From contig JBDSME010000642.1 in assembly GCA_039916065.1 (NCBI GenBank), forward strand, positions 1 through 39,057: a DNA stretch of 39,057 bases, given 5' to 3'. Below, in pieces: positions 9,130-17,990 of the stretch. A program made the position numbers and the translations under genes. Numbering within the stretch: the stretch's first letter is position 1; each line of letters opens with the position of its first letter. The stretch comes from Polyangia bacterium. Lineage in GTDB: Bacteria; Myxococcota_A; Polyangia; Fen-1088. The notes under the pieces are model-generated. The model saw only the letters and a program-made list of their open reading frames with translations, was not told the origin of the DNA and did not search any database.

Positions 9130-9135
9130 CAGACG

Positions 9136-10464
9136 CTATCGTTTCAGGTTCATCAACTCGGCCAGCAGCTGATCGGCCGTGCTGATGGTCTTGGCGTTCG
9201 CCTGATAGTTGCGCTGGGCGGTGATCATCTTGATGAACTCGTTCGACAGATCGACGTTCGAGTTCTCGAGTGCTCCCGCCACCACGCCGCCGCGACCACC
9301 CGCACCGGCCTTGCCGAGGGTGGCGTTGCCGGAGCTGGTCGTCTCCGCGAACAGGTTGCCGCCCGCGCGCTCCATCTGGTCGGCGGCGCCGACCAACGCC
9401 ACGGTCAGCTGGCCGATGACCCGGCTCTGCCCGTTGGTGAAGGCGCCCTGCACCTTTCCTTCCTTGTCGATGCTGATGTTCGACAGCACGCCCGAACCGT
9501 AGCCGTTCTGCGCCACCGACGTGGCGCCGCTGTTGCTGGAGAACTGGGTGATCCCCAGCAGACCGGTGCCGGTGAAGGGGGCCACCGCTCCGGTGGGATC
9601 GCCGAAGTTGAACGTCAGGGGCTGAGCCTGCTGGGCGTTGAGGGGGTTGAACGTGTTCGAGGCGGGTGCCGGAGCAGCCTGCAGCGAGCCGTCCAGATTG
9701 AAGGTGAGAGATCCCGTCTGGATCTCGGTGGGCGTCTTGGGAACGCCACCGGTCAGTCCACCTCCGTCGGCCATTGCGTGATAGTCCCACTGCGCTTCGC
9801 CGGTGGCCGCATTTCCCGTCTTGCGGAAGTACACGTCGACCTGGTGTTGCTTGCCCAGCGAGTCGTAAACGGTGACGCTGGTGGCGAAGTTGGAGGTGAT
9901 GCCCGGGTTCAAGGGATCCCAAGCCGCCGCCAGCACGGTGTTGCCGGCATCGAGGTTCGCCTTCACGGTGACGGTGCTAGTCTTGAAGGCAGGCGACGCG
10001 GAGTCGCCTAGCTTCAGGTCGCCGGGTGAGGGGGCGACGGCGCCGGTGGGATCGGCGGAGTAGCCCTGGATGCGCAGGCCTTCCTGATTGACCAGGTAGC
10101 CGGTCTTGTCCATCGAGAACTGTCCGGCGCGGGTGTAGAACTGCCCTTGCCGCCCATTGTGCGAGCCCTTGGCGACGAAGAACCCGCCGCCGTCGAGCGC
10201 CAGATCCGTGGCCACGCCGGTGTTGTTGAGCGCGCCCTGGGTGAGGATCTTTTGCACGCTCATCAACTCGGCGCCCAGGCCGACCTGCGAGACCACGCCG
10301 CCGGCGCCCAGCATCTGCTGCGCCATGGCGTTGGAGAAGTCGGCCCGGCTGGCCTTGAAGCCGACCGTGTTGGAGTTGGCGATGTTGTCGCCGATGACCG
10401 AGAGATCCGTGCTGCTTTGTTCGAGACCGGTCTGACCTGTGTACAGTGATGATACGAGACTCAT
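9136..10464 (-). CDS. flgE: Flagellar hook protein FlgE
   Basis: The N-terminal SLYTGQTGLEQSSTDLSVIGDNIANSNTVGFK and the C-terminal LENSNVDLSNEFIKMITAQRNYQANAKTISTADQLL are the conserved rod/hook terminal domains. Confidence 0.95.
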   Translation of the reverse strand: MSLVSSLYTGQTGLEQSSTDLSVIGDNIANSNTVGFKASRADFSNAMAQQMLGAGGVVSQVGLGAELMSVQKILTQGALNNTGVATDLALDGGGFFVAKGSHNGRQGQFYTRAGQFSMDKTGYLVNQEGLRIQGYSADPTGAVAPSPGDLKLGDSASPAFKTSTVTVKANLDAGNTVLAAAWDPLNPGITSNFATSVTVYDSLGKQHQVDVYFRKTGNAATGEAQWDYHAMADGGGLTGGVPKTPTEIQTGSLTFNLDGSLQAAPAPASNTFNPLNAQQAQPLTFNFGDPTGAVAPFTGTGLLGITQFSSNSGATSVAQNGYGSGVLSNISIDKEGKVQGAFTNGQSRVIGQLTVALVGAADQMERAGGNLFAETTSSGNATLGKAGAGGRGGVVAGALENSNVDLSNEFIKMITAQRNYQANAKTISTADQLLAELMNLKR

Positions 10465-11153
10465 GGGGTGGATTTCCTTTCGTTGATTGAGGTGACGTCG
10501 GACATCTTGATGAGGCTGCCGCCGCCGCCCACTTTGAGGACGGGGAGTCCGCCTTCGAAGGCGACTCCCGTGACGGTGCCGGAGTTGCGGAGGCTGATGG
10601 GGACACCGGTCTTGTCGGCGAAGGCGGCCGCCTGAAAGGTGTAGCTGCCTGCCGGAGCCATGACGCCGCTCTCGTCGCGGCCATCCCAGTTCACGGCCAC
10701 GTCGCCGGCGGCCTGGGCGCCGAGCTGTAGCGTGCGGACGGTGTTGCCGCCGGGACCGACGACCATCACCGAGACGGTGTCGGCGGGGCTGGTCAAGCTG
10801 GCGGTGGCTGATGCGCCAGACTTGCCGTCCACCTGCACGGCGCTCCCGCGATAAGAGACATCCTTGCCGATGAACGACGCGGCCTGGGTCTGGTTGGCGG
10901 TCGCCTGACCGATGAGCAAGGTGTCCAGGCGGCTGACGGTGTTCTGCTGCTGTTCCAGCGCAGAGAACTGCGCGAGCTGTGCCACGAACTGCGACGAGTC
11001 CTGAGGCTTGGTGGGATCCTGGTTGGCGAGCTGCGCGACTAGCAGCTTCAAGAACTCGTCCTTCCCAAGCTTGTTGGACCCCTGGCGCGTTTCAGTGGAC
11101 GGCGGGAGGGCGTCCTTGGGGGAGGTGAGATCGAGGATGGGAGCGGTGGCCAT
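10461..11153 (-). CDS. flgD: Flagellar hook assembly/capping protein FlgD
   Basis: LGKDEFLKLLVAQLANQDPTKPQDSSQFVAQLAQFSALEQ is the FlgD N-domain. An Ig-like C-domain follows (VNWDGRDESGVMAPAGSYTF). Its stop overlaps the flgE start. Confidence 0.9.
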   Translation of the reverse strand: MATAPILDLTSPKDALPPSTETRQGSNKLGKDEFLKLLVAQLANQDPTKPQDSSQFVAQLAQFSALEQQQNTVSRLDTLLIGQATANQTQAASFIGKDVSYRGSAVQVDGKSGASATASLTSPADTVSVMVVGPGGNTVRTLQLGAQAAGDVAVNWDGRDESGVMAPAGSYTFQAAAFADKTGVPISLRNSGTVTGVAFEGGLPVLKVGGGGSLIKMSDVTSINERKSTP

Positions 11154-11165
11154 GGTGATGTTCTC

Positions 11166-14100
11166 CTAGGCGGTGACGTGGAATCCGCGACGGCGGCGGG
11201 GACCCGCCTGGGTATCGTTGACGGTGGTGCGGCCAGCGCCGGAAGCGGAAGCCGAAGAAGCGGTCGACCCGGTCGGCGGTTCGCGGTCCGGCCAGCGATC
11301 GCCGGGCTCGGAGTGGCGGTGGCCCCCGCCACCACCGAGCTGGGATCCCGTGTGGGACGAGGTGCCGGCGCCACCAGGGGCGTGACCGGAAGCAGGGCCA
11401 CCACCAGCTGAGTTGTCAGGGCCCGACGACGCAGCCGACGAAGAACCTGACGAAGCCTGGCTGCCCGAGGAGGAACGCGTTGCCGATTCGAAGGTCCCAA
11501 GTGAAATCCCCTCGCCGGCGAGCGCGGCGCGGACCTCGTTCGATCGGATGTCCAGGGTGCGTGAGGCGGCGCCGTCGAACCGCACGTCAACGACGCCGTC
11601 GTGGACCATCAAGTGCAGCGAGAGATCGCCGTCCTTCGCGGTCTCCAGCCGGACGTGGGCGTTCTTGCCCAGCGCCGTGGCATGAAGGGACGGATCGTCG
11701 GCGGCCAGCTCCATCAGGGGACGGGTGCCCGGGGGCCCCTGCTGGATCAGCGAACCCATGGCCCGGGGATCCAGGGCGACCGCCGGCTGAGCGGCCGACA
11801 GCCCGGCGGCGCCCGCGAAGGCTATTTCGGCGACGGTCTTGTCCACGACCGGAGCGGCAGCGCGCGCAATCTCCGCGGTAGCCGCGCTGGACGAGGCCGA
11901 ATGCTGGCCCCGCTGGCGGTCATCCGACGACGCAGATGAGCCGGATGAAGCGGCAGACGAAGCGGCAGTGGCAGCAGGCAACCGCGATAGCCAAGACGTA
12001 TCGGAAGAGGAGTCCGAAAAGACGGACCTCGCGCTGGCAGAAGGACCCCCGGCGTCAGCGCCGGGCAGCAATGCTGACGGGGACGGGCCGGCCAGGGAAG
12101 CGCCGGTGGCGGTGTGAGAAACGGTCGCAGCAGGCAGCGAGGGCGACGGCCCCCCTGGGAATACCAGCGGCCATGGACCGGCATAGGCGATACGACCGCG
12201 CGGCTGCAACTCGACCGCCGCTGAAGAGGCCGGCGCCGCGTTCTTGCCCTCTTCATGGCCCGCGGAGGATGCTTCGCGCGAAGGAGCGGATGCGGCCTTC
12301 ATGAAACGAGGAACGACGGGGGCACCCGGGCGCGATCCCGGCGCGGATGTCTGCGCGAGAATGAAGCGCTGATTCGCGGAAGGAGACGCCTTATCGGTGC
12401 GCGGAGCCGTGTCGAAGAGATTGTGTGATGATACAGAGACGCCAGCGTTGCTCGGCTCCGCAGGGAGCAGCCGGTGGTGCAACTCGAGAACCGCCGCTCG
12501 GACACGGCGACTCTCGAGAGCACGCGGAGGCAGCGGCGACGCCGGCAGCGCGGTAGGGATCGTCGCCGGTGGCATGGTGAGCGCGGACGGCGGCGGCGTT
12601 ATCGACGGAAGCGGCGCGGAGGTGCTGGGGACGGCGCGGACAGGGATCCGGAGTTGGGGAGTGACGGTCGGCGGTGTGCCTGGTGCCATGGGGTGGGCCA
12701 GGGTCTTCGCCGCGACCGGCGCGCCCGACCCGGACCGCCACGGGGAGGCTTGAGGGTTCGGCTGCTTCGACTCGGCGGTCGGCAACGGGGTGTCGCCAGC
12801 GTGAACCGCGGCACCGTGCAGTGAAGGCGCGACGGGCGCGGCGGAAGCTGTCTCGGCGGATTTCGCCGGGGGCGTCTCCGTCAGTTGAGATGACCGGTCC
12901 TGGTGATGGTCGCGATTGTCGGCAGCATGGAGGGCTTGCCCAACGACGGGCTCTTTTTTGGCCGGTTTGGCGTGGGAGCCGGGACCGAATGGCCGTGTCG
13001 GGATCCCCACGACGGCGGCGCCTTGATGAGCGCCGGTCGGGTGGCCCTGGTCCTGGGATGCGAACGGATGCGTCTTGGCGACCGGTAATGGCGTGGCTGT
13101 GTGAGCCTGACGCCGACTCTCGATTGCCACCTCCGCATGGGAAGTGGCCGAAACCGGCGGATTGAGCCGCGACACCACGCGCGGAGCGGAAACCGGCGCC
13201 GCTGCAGAAGCGGGGGTCGAGGGGACGGGCGGCGTCGCGAAGGATGCTGCCGCAGGTTTCGCCGCGAAAAGCCCTTGCGCAGGCGGCCGATCAGACATCC
13301 CGGGAACGCGCGGTGCAGACGGCGTCACCGCGGGTTCGGGTGCCGCTAACGTCGCATGGCGCTGATGGCGAGTCTGCTCGGAAGTCTGAGCGGAAGTCGG
13401 AGCGGAAGTCTGAGCGGAAATCTGATCGGAAGTCGGAGGGGGCTCAACTGCTGGCCGCCGGTCGGTGCCCAACATCGACTGCTCACCCGACTGCTCACCA
13501 GGCGGTTTGCTCCTGGGAGAAGCGCTGACCACAGCGCCCATCGGATCCTTGGTCGGATGCGCAGCCTTGGCCGGCGCGGATGCCTCGGATACGGCTGACG
13601 AGGACGTGCCCCGCGGCCGCACAGCATCACCCGAACGACGGCTCATCTCGGCGCTGGGATGTTGCACCTTGGCCGCTGATGCGGTTGTGACTGACATGGC
13701 CTCAGCGCGCGGAGATCCGGTGATCATCTCCGGTCTGGTGGCCATTGCCCCTGCGGCGGCGGCCGATGGATGCGACACCCCGGCGGGTTCTCTCGCGGGC
13801 AATGCCGATGACAGCAGGGAGGTGGCGTCAGGTTGAGACGAAGAGGCGCTGACAGAATCCGCGGTCGGCTGGTCATGAGATCCATCGTCGCGCTGTCCTG
13901 CCCCTGCCTCGGTGGAGGACGGAACCGAGCCTGGAGCCGTGTCGGCGTTACGCCCCAACAGGGGGGGCAAGGGCAACGAAACATGGTCGCCGCGCTCAAG
14001 TGCCGGTAGGGGCCCATGGGCAGTGGCGGTCTTCCATCGACCGGGAGGTACCGGCATCGAAGGGCTGGCGGATTTCTCGGCGGTTAGCGTGCGGATGACC

Positions 14101-15608
14101 TCAGCCACGCGCGCTTCGGTGCGACGGTTCAACTCGGACCGTGTGATCTTCTGTCCAGCAGAACGCACGCTGGACCCGCGTTGCTCGGCGCCTGGTCGCT
14201 CAGCCTGTTTGTCGGCGAGCGCGCGCTGTTGAGTGGTCGTGCCAGCGGCATGGGGCCAGACGACCGGCTGACCGGCAGACAAGGACAATGGCAAGGGCAA
14301 GGCGATGCCGGCCGCTGGCAGCACGGACGTCTTGGAAGAAGCCGGCGACGGGGGGGACGATGACATCACAGCCGGTGTCGACAGCGGCGCCGGCTGTGAC
14401 GCTGTTGCTGTCGCGGCTTGCGTCGACGAGATCTTCGACGCGCGCGTCGGTGCTTGCTCCGGCGCCGCTGGCGCCAAGTCCGGGACCAAGTCCGGGACCA
14501 AGTCCGGAGCGGCCCCGGGGGCCCCCCGATCGGCGGCTGCGTCTCCTCTTTGGGCGCTCGTGCTCCTTCCCACTGCCACCAGCGCAGGGATGGCGATCGC
14601 CGTCCGCGGCGGTACCGCTGGCCCTTGGACGGCCGGGGTGGCGCTCTCGGCGGGGAGAGCATTGTCGAGACCGCCGTGCGCCATACCGACACTGTTTGTC
14701 CTCGCCCCGCGGAAGCGGGGAGAGGATAAAGGTGAGGGGTCCACGCTTGATCGCGGCGCCGTCCCCTCACCCGCCGGCCTACGGCCCATAGTAGGAGATC
14801 GTTGCTCTCCCCACTTACGTGGGGCGAGGTGAAGCGGCGGGCTCCCAGCGGCTCGCGTTGCCTCAGGGACAATCGCCACAGCGGCGGATCGTGCTTGCAC
14901 CTGTGGCAGAAGAAGGGGTACCTGCCCGTTCGGCGGCGATGCCGCGAATCCGGGCTGCGAATGCGTGGCCACAATTCCTGAAGTAGCCGACATGTCCGAG
15001 ACTGCCGACATTGGCGACATTGCAGTCACCGCCCCGGTGGTCACAGGGACCTGATCCAAGACAGGCGCCGTGATCTCCATCGATTCCAGCGCTTGCGTGT
15101 CCAGCGTTTGCGCCGGGACATCGTGGTCTTCGTGCGTAGCCAGGTCAGTGACCAGCTCGCCATCCACGTCGGCGTCCAGCTCCTCTGGCAACTTCTGAAG
15201 AAGCTTGTCGGCCGCGTGCTCGGTGCCCGATTGTGCGTGAACCAGTCCGGCCGCCATGACGTCTGCGAAGCGCGGTCGCGGCTGAGAGCCAGCGCCTGAA
15301 TGGACGGCGAACCCTCCTTCAGCGGACTCGCCCTGGTGCGGCTTCGATGACGGCGCGATGCCGCTCAGCGGCTGGTGCTCGCCGTGACGGGTTTGCGACG
15401 CGTGGGACGAAGTCTCGTGCTGCACCCCTATCCCTTCTGCACTTCCGGTGCCGTGCCCGGCAGCGTGGTCCTGCCACGCACTTGACGCGACGGAGGCCTC
15501 GTCGAGCTCGGGCGACGCAGCGTGGTCGATCGACAGAGCGGCCTCGCGGGCGGTCGCCCGGTCGCTGACCGCGCCAAGGCCGCGGAGGAAATCGGAACCC
15601 GTTTTCAT
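11166..15608 (-). CDS. fliK: Flagellar hook-length control protein FliK, exceptionally long (1480 codons), mostly Pro/Ala/Ser/Thr-rich low complexity
   Basis: The C-terminal ...AHVRLETAKDGDLSLHLMVHDGVVDVRFDGAASRTLDIRSNEVRAALAGEGISLGTFE is a Flg_hook/FliK C-domain with very high GC3. The ATG at 15608 overlaps the upstream stop (ATGA) and is preceded by GAGG. The position between the ylxF-like gene and flgD is canonical. Confidence 0.75.
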   Translation of the reverse strand: MKTGSDFLRGLGAVSDRATAREAALSIDHAASPELDEASVASSAWQDHAAGHGTGSAEGIGVQHETSSHASQTRHGEHQPLSGIAPSSKPHQGESAEGGFAVHSGAGSQPRPRFADVMAAGLVHAQSGTEHAADKLLQKLPEELDADVDGELVTDLATHEDHDVPAQTLDTQALESMEITAPVLDQVPVTTGAVTAMSPMSAVSDMSATSGIVATHSQPGFAASPPNGQVPLLLPQVQARSAAVAIVPEATRAAGSPPLHLAPRKWGEQRSPTMGRRPAGEGTAPRSSVDPSPLSSPRFRGARTNSVGMAHGGLDNALPAESATPAVQGPAVPPRTAIAIPALVAVGRSTSAQRGDAAADRGAPGAAPDLVPDLVPDLAPAAPEQAPTRASKISSTQAATATASQPAPLSTPAVMSSSPPSPASSKTSVLPAAGIALPLPLSLSAGQPVVWPHAAGTTTQQRALADKQAERPGAEQRGSSVRSAGQKITRSELNRRTEARVAEVIRTLTAEKSASPSMPVPPGRWKTATAHGPLPALERGDHVSLPLPPLLGRNADTAPGSVPSSTEAGAGQRDDGSHDQPTADSVSASSSQPDATSLLSSALPAREPAGVSHPSAAAAGAMATRPEMITGSPRAEAMSVTTASAAKVQHPSAEMSRRSGDAVRPRGTSSSAVSEASAPAKAAHPTKDPMGAVVSASPRSKPPGEQSGEQSMLGTDRRPAVEPPPTSDQISAQTSAPTSAQTSEQTRHQRHATLAAPEPAVTPSAPRVPGMSDRPPAQGLFAAKPAAASFATPPVPSTPASAAAPVSAPRVVSRLNPPVSATSHAEVAIESRRQAHTATPLPVAKTHPFASQDQGHPTGAHQGAAVVGIPTRPFGPGSHAKPAKKEPVVGQALHAADNRDHHQDRSSQLTETPPAKSAETASAAPVAPSLHGAAVHAGDTPLPTAESKQPNPQASPWRSGSGAPVAAKTLAHPMAPGTPPTVTPQLRIPVRAVPSTSAPLPSITPPPSALTMPPATIPTALPASPLPPRALESRRVRAAVLELHHRLLPAEPSNAGVSVSSHNLFDTAPRTDKASPSANQRFILAQTSAPGSRPGAPVVPRFMKAASAPSREASSAGHEEGKNAAPASSAAVELQPRGRIAYAGPWPLVFPGGPSPSLPAATVSHTATGASLAGPSPSALLPGADAGGPSASARSVFSDSSSDTSWLSRLPAATAASSAASSGSSASSDDRQRGQHSASSSAATAEIARAAAPVVDKTVAEIAFAGAAGLSAAQPAVALDPRAMGSLIQQGPPGTRPLMELAADDPSLHATALGKNAHVRLETAKDGDLSLHLMVHDGVVDVRFDGAASRTLDIRSNEVRAALAGEGISLGTFESATRSSSGSQASSGSSSAASSGPDNSAGGGPASGHAPGGAGTSSHTGSQLGGGGGHRHSEPGDRWPDREPPTGSTASSASASGAGRTTVNDTQAGPRRRRGFHVTA
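13377..13436. repeat. 12-bp tandem repeat x5 (consensus AGCGGAAGTCTG) inside fliK
   Basis: The five units are ctcggaagtctg, agcggaagtcgg, agcggaagtctg, agcggaaatctg, atcggaagtcgg. On the minus strand they encode ...SAQTSAPTSAQTSEQT..., with GC3 lower than the fliK C-domain. Confidence 0.85.
14690..14834 (-). repeat. Structured ~150-bp dispersed repeat element, copy B, embedded in frame in fliK
   Basis: Its reverse complement aligns with 565-718. Hairpins lie at 14805-14828 (ctctccccac-ttac-gtggggcgag) and 14701-14724 (ctcgccccgc-ggaa-gcggggagag), with a palindrome ggtgagggg...cccctcacc at 14731-14771. Both copies translate as LHLAPRKWGEQ...GEGTA.RS.V.PSPL. Confidence 0.8.
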
Positions 15609-16513
15609 CTTTTCGCCTCGGCGGGAAGGGGACGCATCGCAATCTGGGTGGCCAACTCGGCCGCGGTGTCGGGCTTCATCGCCCCCATGATCTTTCCGGC
15701 ATCAACCGGGGGCATTCGCTGCAGCACCGTCGCCGCAAGACGCTTTTCCAGGCGGGTGACGATGGGGGCCGCCTGCTCTGGTTTGATTCCGCGCAGAGCC
15801 TTCGCCAGCACGTCCAGCGGGTTCTTCGCCGGCTTGCCGCCAGGGGCCGCCGCGCCACCGCCGGGACCAGCGGCGCCGTCGCCCCCGTCCTGGGTGAGCA
15901 TCGCCTCGAGCTTCGCCGTCTCTTCGTGCAATGAAACGCGTGCCTTGGTCACCTCTTGCAACATCTGCTCGAGCTTCATCCGCGAGGGAGCCATGGGGTC
16001 GAGCGCTACGGCCCCGCCCTCGCGATGTATCTCTTCACGGAGTCCGGCGATGGTGAGGGGCGGTGGCGAGGCCGGCGATCCGCCCTCGGCCACGTTCGCC
16101 GGAACCTCCGCTGAGCTTTCTGATTTGATGGCCGCGCGCGGCTTCGAACGGGCCTTGGTCTTCCCCTGCCCGGCAGCGGATGCCCCCGCCGGCTCGCTGT
16201 CAGGGGTCTCGGCCGCTGGCGCTTTGCCGGTGGTGGCGGCCGCGGTGTTGCCTGGCTTGCTGGCTTCGGGCTTGTCGGATTTCTTTGAAGCCGTGTCCTT
16301 GATATCCGGCTTGGCCGGCTTGACCGACTCGGCCGGCTTGGCGACCTCTGTCTTGCCGCTGTCTTTCTCACCGGGGGCGGATGGCGCTGCCGCGGCGGGT
16401 GCCCCCTCCTTGGCCGACAAGTCGTTCGGGGCCATACAGAGGAAGACAAATGACGCGGCGGCAACGCCGCGCCACCGCCACCATCCCGCGAGCGGAGAAG
16501 GCGTTCTAACCAC
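15605..16513 (-). CDS. YlxF/MotE-like flagellar protein: N-terminal membrane anchor, Lys/Ala/Pro-rich spacer, short coiled coil, C-terminal MgtE_N-like domain
   Basis: The C-terminal ...ALRGIKPEQAAPIVTRLEKRLAATVLQRMPPVDAGKIMGAMKPDTAAELATQIA resembles MgtE_N/FliG-like repeats. Its position between fliI and fliK matches B. subtilis ylxF. I prefer the GTG at 16511-16513, which overlaps the fliI stop, over the track start at 16591. The start remains uncertain. Confidence 0.65.
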   Translation of the reverse strand: MVRTPSPLAGWWRWRGVAAASFVFLCMAPNDLSAKEGAPAAAAPSAPGEKDSGKTEVAKPAESVKPAKPDIKDTASKKSDKPEASKPGNTAAATTGKAPAAETPDSEPAGASAAGQGKTKARSKPRAAIKSESSAEVPANVAEGGSPASPPPLTIAGLREEIHREGGAVALDPMAPSRMKLEQMLQEVTKARVSLHEETAKLEAMLTQDGGDGAAGPGGGAAAPGGKPAKNPLDVLAKALRGIKPEQAAPIVTRLEKRLAATVLQRMPPVDAGKIMGAMKPDTAAELATQIAMRPLPAEAKR

Positions 16514-17990
16514 GATAGGCCTCCCCCGCCACGCTGGCGATGCCCACCGAGGACTGGGCCGCGGTGAGGGCGGCCGTGGGTGCGCCCCCACCCTCCAGCG
16601 CGCGCTTCAATCCGTCCAGCGTGCTTTGCAGCGAATGACGTTCGTGCGGCGTCTGTTGAAAGAGCGCCCGGATCATGTGCACGCTGCGCAGGGCGCGATC
16701 GACGCGCGGATTCGAACCGGCGACGTACGCTCCCACTTCGATCAAGTCGGCCGACTCGCGGTAGGTGGCAAGCACCTCGCGCGCCTCCATGGCAAGCTGG
16801 CGGTGCTCGGGGGTCACCACGTCCGACATGACGCGGCTGATGCTGGACAGGACGTCGACCGCCGGAAAATGCCCGCCGTCCGCCAGCTTTCGTGACAGCA
16901 CGATGTGGCCGTCCACCGCGGCGCGAACCGCGTCGACGAAGGGATCCGACAGATCGTCGCCCTCCGCCAGGCAGGTGTACATGGCGGTGATGCTGCCGTC
17001 GCCCGCGTCATTGCCAGCCCGTTCCACCAGGCGCGGCAAGGCGGCGAACACCGAAGGCGGATACCCGCGCGAGGTGGGCGGCTCTCCGGCGGCCAGGCCG
17101 ATCTCACGCTGGGCCATCGCGACCCGTGACAAGGAATCGATGAGGAGCAGCACGCGCTTGCCGCGCTCGCGAAAATATTCAGCGACGGCCGTGGCCGCTA
17201 CGGCGGCGCGCACGCGCACCAACGGGGGCTCATCAGCGGTGGCCACCACCACCACGGTGCGCGCCAGGCCCGTCGGTCCCAGATCGCGCTCCACGAATTC
17301 GCGGACCTCGCGACCACGCTCGCCCACCAGCCCCACCACGATCACGTCCACGGCGGCGCCGCGCGCCAGCATCCCCATCAGCACGCTCTTGCCGATGCCG
17401 GGGCCCGCCATGATCCCCACGCGCTGCCCCTCGCCGCAGGTGAGGCAAGCGTCGAGAGATCGAATGCCCAGCACCAGCGGCCGCGAGATGCGCCGGCGGG
17501 TCATCGCGTGCGGAGGGGCCGCGTAGAGTGGCACCCGCCGCGACAGCTCGGGCGGTGGTCCACCATCGACGGGACGCATGGCCGCATCGACCACGCGGCC
17601 CAGCAGCGCCTCTCCCACCGGGATATCGGCGCCCGCGCCGCGCACGTACACCGCGCACCCCTCGCCCACCCCGGCCACATCGCCGAACGGCATCAACAGG
17701 GCTCGGTTCTTCGCGAAGCCAACCACCTCGGCCATCAGCGTCTTGCGCGGTCCGAGCCGGATCTCGCAAGCGGTTCCCACCGCCACCGCGGGCATGGTCG
17801 CCTCCACGATGATTCCCGCCACCCGGGTCACCTTGCCGGCTATGGGCAGCGGTTCGGCGTCGCCGAGCGCCTTGGTGAAACGGGCCAGCAGAGATCGGTC
17901 GGCCCTGTCAGGCCAAGGAGCCGGCGCGGCGCCGCCAGGAACAGATGCGGTCACCCCCAGCGGATCGGACTTGTCGGCCACGTCACTCAT
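16506..17990 (-). CDS. fliI: Flagellum-specific ATP synthase FliI
   Basis: Walker A GPGIGKSVLMG, Walker B RVLLLIDSLSR, and F1/T3SS ATPase-like sequence throughout. Its ATG overlaps the fliH stop (ATGA). Confidence 0.95.
   Translation of the reverse strand: MSDVADKSDPLGVTASVPGGAAPAPWPDRADRSLLARFTKALGDAEPLPIAGKVTRVAGIIVEATMPAVAVGTACEIRLGPRKTLMAEVVGFAKNRALLMPFGDVAGVGEGCAVYVRGAGADIPVGEALLGRVVDAAMRPVDGGPPPELSRRVPLYAAPPHAMTRRRISRPLVLGIRSLDACLTCGEGQRVGIMAGPGIGKSVLMGMLARGAAVDVIVVGLVGERGREVREFVERDLGPTGLARTVVVVATADEPPLVRVRAAVAATAVAEYFRERGKRVLLLIDSLSRVAMAQREIGLAAGEPPTSRGYPPSVFAALPRLVERAGNDAGDGSITAMYTCLAEGDDLSDPFVDAVRAAVDGHIVLSRKLADGGHFPAVDVLSSISRVMSDVVTPEHRQLAMEAREVLATYRESADLIEVGAYVAGSNPRVDRALRSVHMIRALFQQTPHERHSLQSTLDGLKRALEGGGAPTAALTAAQSSVGIASVAGEAYRG

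Noticed and set aside
8374-10011. 545-aa plus-strand ORF. Similar long antisense ORFs lie at 15522-16895, 16765-17526, 18246-19973, 18691-19734, 20289-21140, 22400-23839, 25147-25846, 27514-28533, 31545-32477, 32616-33452, 33785-34819, 34848-35867, 36240-37496 and 38276-38902.
   Set aside because: All lie opposite genes with unmistakable homology (flgE, fliI, fliG, fliF, the EBPs, SiR and others). Their composition is Arg/His/Gly-rich and does not look like protein.
13377-13436. The 12-bp tandem arrays here and at 27529-27600 as CRISPR-like arrays
   Set aside because: The units are contiguous with no spacers, only 12 bp long, and no cas genes are nearby. They are minisatellites, not CRISPR.
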